Positions 1-6,902 of a stretch of DNA of 64,000 bases are shown one piece after another. The notes under the pieces were generated by a model that was not told the DNA's origin, searched no databases, and worked only from the letters and a program-made list of their open reading frames with translations. Within the stretch, counting starts at the first letter, position 1. Each line of letters begins with the position of its first letter. The DNA is taken from NCBI GenBank assembly GCA_963767005.1, contig CAVYCN010000002.1:320001-384000 (forward strand), written 5' to 3'. Source of the DNA: an uncultured Actinomycetes bacterium (lineage in GTDB: Bacteria; Actinomycetota; Thermoleophilia; UBA2241). Made by a program: the position numbers and the translations under genes.

Positions 1-1226
1 TGGCCAGGTGTCTTGTCGCCGCGCGCGAGCGGCTGGACGGGCGCGGCCTGCGGCCGCGCCCCGACGCGCCGCGTCCCGCGGCCGTCTATGCGCTCGCGAG
101 CGACGGCGCCCTCGAGGCGCCGGCGGCCCTGCATCCGGCGCCGGGCTCGCCGGCCACCCTGCGCGAGGCCCTGGGTGGTGCGCTCGGCGCCCTGAACGCG
201 GCCTCGGGCGGCGCGCTGCTCGTGGCCTCGGCCGACCTGCTGGGCTCGACCAGCCTGAACCTCGCCGCGGCCGGCTTTCCGGCCGGTTTCTGGAACGCGC
301 TCGACAACCCCGGCGCCCGCGAGCTGGCGACCGGCGGCATCTGCGAGGACGCCATGAGCGGCATCCTGGCCGGCGTGTCGACCTTCGGCGGGGCGATCGG
401 CGTGGGCTCGTCCTACGGGGCCTTCATGGCGCCGCTCGGCCACGTCGCGGCGCGCCTGCACGCGATCGGCCAGCAGGCCCGCCGGGCGGCAACCGGCGAG
501 CCCTGCCGGCCGCTCGTGCTGGTCTGCGCCCACGCCGGCCTCGCGACCGGCGAGGACGGTCCCACGCACGCCGATCCCCAGGCGCTGCAGCTCCTGCAGG
601 GCAACTTCCCGCCGGGCAGCGCCGTCACCTTGACGCCCTGGGAGCCGCAGGAGGTGTGGCCGCTGCTCTGCGCCGCGCTCGCTCGCCGGCCGGCGCTCGT
701 GTTCCCGTTCGTCACCCGCCCGGCCGAGCCCGTCCTCGACCGTGCCGCGCTCGGCCTGGCGCCGCCGGCCGCCGCCGCCGACGGTCTCGAGCTGCTACGC
801 GCGCCGCGTGGTGCCGGCGACGTGACCATCGTGCTCCAGGAGAGCGCCGTGACCTACGCCTTCGTGACCGGCGCCCTGCCTGTACTGGAGCGCGACGGCA
901 TCGACGCCCGGGTCTACGTCGTGACGAGCGCCGAGCTGTACGACGCGCTGCCCGCCGCGCGCCGCGCGGAGCTGTTCCCCGAGGAGCACGCCCGCGAGGC
1001 CATCGGCATCACCGGCTTCACGCTGCCCACGCTTTACCGCTGGGTGCAGTCGCGCGCCGGCCTCGAGGCGTCGCTGCACCCCTACCGCCGCGGTCACTAT
1101 CTCGGCAGCGGTCAGGGAGCGGTGGTGCTGGCCGAGGCGGGCCTCGACGGCGAGAGTCAGTACCGCGCCGTGCGGGCCTTCCTCGACGATCGCGCCGCCG
1201 CGCACACAGGGCGCCCGCGGGGCTGA
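1..1226 (+). CDS. tkt: Transketolase-family protein, pyrimidine-binding and C-terminal domains (5'-truncated by window edge)
   Basis: Frame is open from position 3. Motifs SADL, GICEDAM and HAGLATGEDGPTH match the transketolase central domain. Confidence 0.75.
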   Translation, partial: ARCLVAARERLDGRGLRPRPDAPRPAAVYALASDGALEAPAALHPAPGSPATLREALGGALGALNAASGGALLVASADLLGSTSLNLAAAGFPAGFWNALDNPGARELATGGICEDAMSGILAGVSTFGGAIGVGSSYGAFMAPLGHVAARLHAIGQQARRAATGEPCRPLVLVCAHAGLATGEDGPTHADPQALQLLQGNFPPGSAVTLTPWEPQEVWPLLCAALARRPALVFPFVTRPAEPVLDRAALGLAPPAAAADGLELLRAPRGAGDVTIVLQESAVTYAFVTGALPVLERDGIDARVYVVTSAELYDALPAARRAELFPEEHAREAIGITGFTLPTLYRWVQSRAGLEASLHPYRRGHYLGSGQGAVVLAEAGLDGESQYRAVRAFLDDRAAAHTGRPRG

Positions 1227-1243
1227 AGACCGGCGACGGGGAA

Positions 1244-1273
1244 GAGGGGGCCGGTCGGCGGGCCGGCCCCCTC
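1244..1273 (+). terminator. GC-rich hairpin after tkt
   Basis: GAGGGGGCCGGTC-ggcg-GGCCGGCCCCCTC, 13-bp stem with one G-U pair. Confidence 0.5.
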
Positions 1274-1293
1274 CCTCTGGTACACTGCCGCCC

Positions 1294-2613
1294 ATGGCTG
1301 TGATCCCTACCTTCGCCGTGATCGGCGTTCCCAACGCCGGCAAGTCCACGCTCATCAACCGGCTGACAGGCACCCGGGTGGCGGTCGTGCACGAGACGCC
1401 GGGCGTGACCCGCGACCGCAAGGTCGTCGAGACCGAGTGGGGCGGCCGCGTCGTGCGCCTGATCGACACCGGTGGCTTCGACCAGTCCGATCACACGCGT
1501 CTCGGGGGCGACATCCGCGCGCAGGTCCGGGCGGCCCTGGCCGCGGCCGACGGCGTCGTCTTCGTGGTCGACGGTCGGGCCGGCCCGCTGCCCGGCGACC
1601 ACGACATCGCCGACGTGCTGCGCCGCGCCCGCATCCCCACCCTGCTCGTTGCCAACAAGGTCGACGACCGCCGCCACGAAGCCGACCTCGTCGCCTTCCA
1701 CGAGCTCGGTCTGGGCGAGCCGCTGCCGGTCTCGGCGCTGCACGGCACCGGCAGCGGCGACCTCCTCGACGAGATCGTGGCCCTGGCCGACGGCCTCACC
1801 GGCGAGGACGCAGAGGCGGGGGAGGAGACCGACGACCAGGCCGCGGAGATCGCGGTGGCCATCGTCGGGCGGCCCAACGCCGGCAAGTCGTCGCTGCTGA
1901 ACGCCTTGGTCGGCGAGGAGCGCGTCATCGTGAGCGACGTCGCCGGCACGACGCGCGACGCGATCGACACGACGGCGACCTGGCACGGGCATGACTTCCG
2001 CTTCGTCGACACGGCCGGCATGCGCAAGGCGGCCAAGGTCTCGGGGGTCGAGTACTACGCGTACCTGCGCAGCCTGGCCACGCTCGACCGCGCCGGTGTG
2101 GCGATCGTGGTCGTCGACGCCGCCGTGGGGCTCGGCGAGCTCGACCTGCAGATCGCCGGCGAGGCGATGCGACGCGGCTGTGCCACCGTGCTTGCCGTGA
2201 GCAAGGCCGACATCGTTGCGCCCGACCTCGCCGAAGTCGGCGGCACGGCCGCGCGCAAGCTGCGCCAGCGGCCGCGAGCGATCGCCGTGTCGGCTGTCAC
2301 GGGTCGCGGTCTCGAGCAGCTCCTCAACGTAGTGACCGACCTGTGGAGCCGCTATACTGCCCACATCCCGACCGGCGCCCTGAACCGGGCGCTCGCCGCG
2401 ATCACCGAGCAGCGCACCATGCCGGGCAAGGGGCGCAAGAAGCTGAAGCTCTACTACATCTCCCAATTCCAGACCGCGCCGCCGCGCTTTGCGATCGCCG
2501 TGAACGACCGTGACCTCGTGACGCGCGACTTCGGGTTCTTCGTCGAGAACCGCCTGCGCGACGCCGTGGGCTACGAAGGCGTGCCGTTGATCATCGACTT
2601 CAAGGAGCGCTAG
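1294..2613 (+). CDS. der: Ribosome biogenesis GTPase Der (EngA)
   Basis: Two GTPase domains: GVPNAGKS/DTGG/NKVD and GRPNAGKS/DTAG, plus KH-like C-terminus. Confidence 0.97.
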   Translation: MAVIPTFAVIGVPNAGKSTLINRLTGTRVAVVHETPGVTRDRKVVETEWGGRVVRLIDTGGFDQSDHTRLGGDIRAQVRAALAAADGVVFVVDGRAGPLPGDHDIADVLRRARIPTLLVANKVDDRRHEADLVAFHELGLGEPLPVSALHGTGSGDLLDEIVALADGLTGEDAEAGEETDDQAAEIAVAIVGRPNAGKSSLLNALVGEERVIVSDVAGTTRDAIDTTATWHGHDFRFVDTAGMRKAAKVSGVEYYAYLRSLATLDRAGVAIVVVDAAVGLGELDLQIAGEAMRRGCATVLAVSKADIVAPDLAEVGGTAARKLRQRPRAIAVSAVTGRGLEQLLNVVTDLWSRYTAHIPTGALNRALAAITEQRTMPGKGRKKLKLYYISQFQTAPPRFAIAVNDRDLVTRDFGFFVENRLRDAVGYEGVPLIIDFKER

Positions 2614-3273
2614 ATGCTCCCCTGGCTGGCAGGCGCCGCCCTCGTGATCGTGGCCTACGTGATGGGTTCGGTGCCCTTCGCGATCGTGGTCGGCAAGTGG
2701 TTCTGGCACGTCGACGTGCGCGACCACGGCTCCGGCAACGTCGGCACGACCAACGTCTTCCGCGTGCTCGGCAAGCGCGCCGGCACGCTCGTGCTGATCG
2801 GCGACATGGCCAAGGGCTTCATCCCGGTCTGGGTGGCCGCCCACTACTATCCGGCCTGGTTCGCGCTGATCGTCGCCCTGGCGGCGCTGATCGGTCACAT
2901 GTACTCGGTGTTCCTGCGCGGTGGCGGCGGCAAGGGCGTGGCGACCGGCGCCGGCATCATCCTCGCCCTCGTGCCCTGGATCTTCGTCATCGCCATCGTC
3001 GTGTTTCTCGTGCTCCTGCTCACCACCCGCATGGTGAGCGCGGCTTCGATGGCCGGGGCGATCACTTTTGCGGTGTGCACGATCTCGTTCCACAAGCCGG
3101 TCTGGTACGAGGTGCTCTCGGTGTTCGCCGCCCTCGTCGTCGTCTACCAGCACCGCACCAACATCAGACGCATCGCCCTGCGCTGCGAGAACAAGGTGAC
3201 GTTCCCCTGGGACCACGACCGGCGGTCGTCGGGCTCGGGCGCTCACGGCGCCGGCGGCGCCTCGACCCGCTAG
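2614..3273 (+). CDS. plsY: Glycerol-3-phosphate acyltransferase PlsY
   Basis: GSGNVGTTNVFR, GGKGVAT and HRTNI motifs; hydrophobic; der-plsY-gpsA synteny. Confidence 0.96.
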   Translation: MLPWLAGAALVIVAYVMGSVPFAIVVGKWFWHVDVRDHGSGNVGTTNVFRVLGKRAGTLVLIGDMAKGFIPVWVAAHYYPAWFALIVALAALIGHMYSVFLRGGGGKGVATGAGIILALVPWIFVIAIVVFLVLLLTTRMVSAASMAGAITFAVCTISFHKPVWYEVLSVFAALVVVYQHRTNIRRIALRCENKVTFPWDHDRRSSGSGAHGAGGASTR

Positions 3274-3277
3274 CGCC

Positions 3278-4348
3278 GTGCGGGTCACCGTCGTCGGCTC
3301 CGGTAGCTGGGGCACCGGCTTCGCGCGGCTGCTGCACCGCGGCGGCCACGAGGTGCAAGTGCTCACCCTGACGGCGGCCGAGGCCGCCGAGCTGAACGAG
3401 AGCCACGTCAATCCCCTGTTCCTGCCGGGCGTGGAGATCAGCCCCGAGATCCGCTTTGCAGCGATGGCCGACGCCACGCTCGACGAGAGCGAGCTGGTCG
3501 TGTACGCCGTGCCGACCCAGGTGGTGCGCGAGGTGGCGTGCTGGGTCGCGCCGCGTCGCGCGTCGCGCTCGCTGCAGCTCTCGCTCGCCAAGGGTCTCGA
3601 GCTGCACACGCTCCTGCGGCCGACCGAGGTCATCGCCAGCGAGACGGGCTCGCCGGTCGCCGCGCTGTCGGGCCCGAACCATGCCGAGGAGGTCGCCCGC
3701 GACCTGCCTTCGGCCACGGTCATCGCGGCCGCCGACGAGCGCCTGGCGCGCCGCCTGCAGGGCATCGTCACCGGCGAGACGCTGCGCGTGTACACCAACG
3801 ACGACCTTGTCGGCGTCGAGTTCTGCGGCGCCGCCAAGAACCCCATAGCGATCGCCGTGGGCATCGCCGACGGCCTCGGCTTCGGCGACAACACCCGGGC
3901 GGCGCTCATGACGCGCAGCCTCGCCGAGGTCGCCCGCCTCGGCATGCGCCTGGGCGCCGACTTCGCCACCTTCGCCGGCCTGGCCGGCATCGGCGACCTC
4001 ATGGTCACCTGCACCTCGATGCACAGCCGCAACCGGCGTGCCGGCGAGCTGATCGGCCGCGGCGAGGAGCCGAGCAGGGTGCCCGAGCTCGTCGGCCAGG
4101 TGGTCGAGGGCATCCCGACCGCCTACGCCCTGCACGACCTGAGCGGGCGCATGGGGGTCGAGATGCCGGTGACCGAGGCCGTCTACGACGTGCTCGAGCG
4201 CGGCGTCTCGCCGCGGGAGTGCGTCGGCAGCCTGATGAGCCGCGACGTCACCTCCGAAGCCGGGCAGGACATCATGAGCCTGGTCGGCCAGATCCGTCAG
4301 TCGGCCACCAAGAAGGCACGGCGCACGGCGCGGCGGCTGCTGCCCTAA
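3278..4348 (+). CDS. gpsA: NAD(P)H-dependent glycerol-3-phosphate dehydrogenase
   Basis: GSGSWG, SGPNHAEE, GAAKN and GDLMVTC..SRN motifs. Confidence 0.96.
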   Translation: MRVTVVGSGSWGTGFARLLHRGGHEVQVLTLTAAEAAELNESHVNPLFLPGVEISPEIRFAAMADATLDESELVVYAVPTQVVREVACWVAPRRASRSLQLSLAKGLELHTLLRPTEVIASETGSPVAALSGPNHAEEVARDLPSATVIAAADERLARRLQGIVTGETLRVYTNDDLVGVEFCGAAKNPIAIAVGIADGLGFGDNTRAALMTRSLAEVARLGMRLGADFATFAGLAGIGDLMVTCTSMHSRNRRAGELIGRGEEPSRVPELVGQVVEGIPTAYALHDLSGRMGVEMPVTEAVYDVLERGVSPRECVGSLMSRDVTSEAGQDIMSLVGQIRQSATKKARRTARRLLP

Positions 4349-4388
4349 GGGAGCGGGTCGGGGTCCAGGGCGCTCCTCCGGGTATTCT

Positions 4389-4500
4389 GAGCGCGTTACG
4401 CAGACTGCATAAGCGCAACTCACCAGCTCGCCTCTTGCGCTTATGTACAAGGGCGCAGGATGCTGCCGATGTTATCGAGACGACAGAATCAGGGTTGGCA
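4389..4500 (+). mobile_element. attI-like region upstream of first gene cassette (putative)
   Basis: Ends in core site G|TTGGCA (4494-4500). Upstream GTTA motifs at 4395 and 4471 and an inverted repeat at 4408-4445. No attC fold precedes the core. Confidence 0.4.
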
Positions 4501-4523
4501 GTACAGACGATGGGAGGTGGACG

Positions 4524-4949
4524 GTGAGCCTGTCAGTACGTGTGGCGACTCCTGACCCCAGCCGCAGCCCGGTCTTGCGCGCTGCGCTCGCCGTACCCCT
4601 GCTCTACACCCTGTTCCACGTGTGGCCCAGGCACTGGTCCTGGGCCTTCCCGTCCGACCAGGCGACTGGCTTCTACGCCGTCAACGGCCTGCTCTTCTTC
4701 ATCCCCATCGCCGTCTGGTGCACCGCTCTCGCGCTGCTCGCGCTGGGCAGCCCCAACCGCATCGCTTGGGCCCTCGTGGCCGTCGGAGGCACGCTCGTCG
4801 CCGTCTACGGCTTTCGCTTCGTCCTGGCAGTCCAGCGCGACCTGAACCCCGTGCTTGCCTTCGGCCTCTACGCCGCGCTCCTGGGAGCGTGGCAGCTCGC
4901 CCGGCGCCGCAAGCGTGAGCGCGGTCCGGCGACCAAGTCGGGGGCGTAG
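4524..4949 (+). CDS. Hypothetical membrane protein of about 4 TM segments (integron cassette gene)
   Basis: SD GGGAGG (4512-4517) then GTG at 4524, in frame with the 4443 ORF. Hydrophobic segments. Stop lies 13 nt before attC. Confidence 0.7.
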   Translation: MSLSVRVATPDPSRSPVLRAALAVPLLYTLFHVWPRHWSWAFPSDQATGFYAVNGLLFFIPIAVWCTALALLALGSPNRIAWALVAVGGTLVAVYGFRFVLAVQRDLNPVLAFGLYAALLGAWQLARRRKRERGPATKSGA

Positions 4950-4962
4950 CCGTGGTCCGAGC

Positions 4963-5052
4963 TGCTAACCAGCGGATCAAGCTGACTCGCAGATGCGCGG
5001 GCGGTGCAACGGAATGCCGGCGCGCTCGCAGCTTATCCGCCGGCCGTTAGGT
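4963..5052 (+). mobile_element. Integron attC recombination site
   Basis: R'' TGCTAAC, 5-nt spacer, L'' GATCAAGC ... L' GCTTATC, spacer, R' GTTAGGT. The extra C in L'' and extra A after AAGCTG give the two extrahelical bases. Confidence 0.85.
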
Positions 5053-5119
5053 GCGGTTTCCGGAGGGCTGAGGGTGATCAACGCGCACGGAAAGCGGGCT
5101 GCTTGGGGAGCGCTGAGCT

Positions 5120-5204
5120 AGCCAACAGGCATTTCGCAGACTCGCCGAATGAGTGCGCCGAGAGCGACAGTCTCGCTCGCAGCTCAAATGCAGCGACGCT
5201 ATAC
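5120..5204 (+). mobile_element. Second, degenerate attC site
   Basis: AGCCAAC-AGGCATTT..GACTCGC ... GCTCGCAGCTCAAATGC..GCTATAC. Shares GACTCGC and GCTCGCAGCT with attC1; R' has GCT instead of GTT. Confidence 0.55.
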
Positions 5205-5313
5205 CCAGGGGGTCGAGGCGTGGGCAACACCTCACTGGTCAACCCGCTCGTCATCGTCTTGCTGCCGGCCTACGTCTCGATGCGCTTGGGCGGGCGGGCC
5301 CTGATGCGCTGCA

Positions 5314-5343
5314 TTGTGCCGGCGCGCGCGCCTCTGGTAGACT
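5314..5343 (+). promoter_or_regulatory. Housekeeping-sigma promoter for metK leader
   Basis: TTGTGC-18 nt-TAGACT with extended TG, just upstream of the riboswitch. Confidence 0.5.
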
Positions 5344-5360
5344 GCCAGCCAGGTCGCACT

Positions 5361-5497
5361 GACCCATCAAGAGAGAGGCCGCCACACGCGTCGTACGCGC
5401 GCGGCGGTCCTGGCTGAGGGACTGGCCCTACGAAGCCCGGCAACCGGTCGCACGGCACGGTGCCAACTCCAGCAGGCGCGAGCCTGACAGATGGGTC
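5361..5497 (+). promoter_or_regulatory. SAM-I (S-box) riboswitch with an extra inserted hairpin
   Basis: P1 GACCCATC/GATGGGTC; ATCAAGAG; GAGGGACTGGCCC; GAAGCCCGGCAACC; GGTGCCAACTCC; P4 CAGG/CCTG; upstream of metK. Confidence 0.93.
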
Positions 5498-5569
5498 GAC
5501 CGGGTACTTGCCGTCGAAAAGCAGCGACGTTCGCGCACGCCGTGTCGAAGGCGCGGGCCAGGAGGACAC

Positions 5570-6805
5570 GTGGACAAGCACGAGCACCTGTTCAGCTCGG
5601 AGTCGGTGACCGAGGGGCACCCCGACAAGATCGCCGACCAGATCTCCGACGCCATCCTCGACGCGGCGCTCACCGACGATCCCATGAGCCGCGTCGCCTG
5701 CGAGACGCTCACCACGACCGGCCTCGTCATGGTCTCCGGCGAGATCAGCACGCAGACCTACATCGACATCCCGCGCGTGGTGCGCGAAGTGGTGCGCGAC
5801 GTCGGCTACTCGCATTCTTCGTTCGGCTTCGACCACGAGACCTGCTCGGTGATCTCGACGATCCACGAGCAGTCGCCCGACATCGCCCAGGGCGTGGGGA
5901 AGGCCTACGAGGTCCGCACCGACGTCAACGACGACGACGTGCTCGACAGCCAGGGCGCCGGCGACCAGGGCATGATGTTCGGCTTCGCCTGCAACGAGAC
6001 CCCGGAGCTCATGCCACTGCCCATCATGCTGGCCCACAAGCTCACTCGCCGTCTGACCGACGTGCGCAAGGCCGAGGTGCTGCCGTATCTGCGGCCCGAC
6101 GGCAAGTCGCAGGTCACAGTGCGCTACGAGGGCCGTCGCCCGGTCGAGGTCGTGCGCGTCGTGCTCGCCACGCAGCACGCCCCCGAGGCCGACGTCGACA
6201 CGCTCATCAAGCCCGACCTGATCGAGCACGTGGTCGAGCCCATCCTGCCGCACGAGCTCTACCGGCCCGGCAGCCTGGCCGAGATCACGCTGGTCAATCC
6301 GACCGGCCGGTTCGTCGTCGGCGGGCCGATGGGTGACACCGGCCTGACCGGCCGCAAGCTGGTCGTCGACACCTACGGCGGCGCGGCGCGGCACGGCGGC
6401 GGAGCCTTCTCGGGCAAGGACCCGAGCAAGGTCGACCGTTCGGGCGCCTACGCCGCCCGGTACGTCGCCAAGAACATCGTGGCGGCCGGCCTGGCCGACG
6501 TCTGCGAGGTGCAGATCGCCTACGCGATCGGCGTCGCCCACCCGGTGTCGGTCATGGTGGACTGCCACGGCACCGAGAAGGTCGCGGTCGAGACGATCGA
6601 GCAGCTCGTGCGCGAGCAGTTCGATCTGCGCCCGGCGGCGATCATCCGCGACCTCGACCTGCGTCGGCCGATCTACCGCAAGACGTCGAACTACGGCCAT
6701 TTCGGCCGCTCCGACCACGACTTCACCTGGGAGCGCACCGACAAGGCGGCCGAGCTGCGCGCGGCCGCCGGCATCAAGGCCGCGGCCGAGCCGGTCGCCG
6801 ACTGA
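5570..6805 (+). CDS. metK: S-adenosylmethionine synthetase
   Basis: [17 protein letters not shown] and GGGAFSGKD motifs; SD AGGAGG. Confidence 0.98.
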   Translation: MDKHEHLFSSESVTEGHPDKIADQISDAILDAALTDDPMSRVACETLTTTGLVMVSGEISTQTYIDIPRVVREVVRDVGYSHSSFGFDHETCSVISTIHEQSPDIAQGVGKAYEVRTDVNDDDVLDSQGAGDQGMMFGFACNETPELMPLPIMLAHKLTRRLTDVRKAEVLPYLRPDGKSQVTVRYEGRRPVEVVRVVLATQHAPEADVDTLIKPDLIEHVVEPILPHELYRPGSLAEITLVNPTGRFVVGGPMGDTGLTGRKLVVDTYGGAARHGGGAFSGKDPSKVDRSGAYAARYVAKNIVAAGLADVCEVQIAYAIGVAHPVSVMVDCHGTEKVAVETIEQLVREQFDLRPAAIIRDLDLRRPIYRKTSNYGHFGRSDHDFTWERTDKAAELRAAAGIKAAAEPVAD

Positions 6806-6833
6806 CGGGCGGGCGCACGGCAAGAGCCACGGC

Positions 6834-6874
6834 GGCGGCCGACGGACGGGGCGGAGCCCCGTCCGTCGGCCGCC
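6834..6874 (+). terminator. Perfect 19-bp hairpin after metK
   Basis: GGCGGCCGACGGACGGGGC-gga-GCCCCGTCCGTCGGCCGCC. Confidence 0.6.
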
Positions 6875-6902
6875 CGCGTTAGACTGAAGGGCGGTCACGC
6901 CC

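Noticed and set aside
4402-4451. Canonical chromosomal dif site
   Set aside because: The arms are 28 bp apart rather than 6; kept only as a half-site-like inverted repeat.
4443-4523. N-terminal extension of the cassette ORF from ATG 4443
   Set aside because: It crosses the cassette boundary (GTT at 4494); the SD supports GTG 4524.
5004-5417. 137-aa ORF in the track
   Set aside because: It starts inside attC1 and crosses attC2, the metK promoter and the riboswitch; almost certainly not a real gene.
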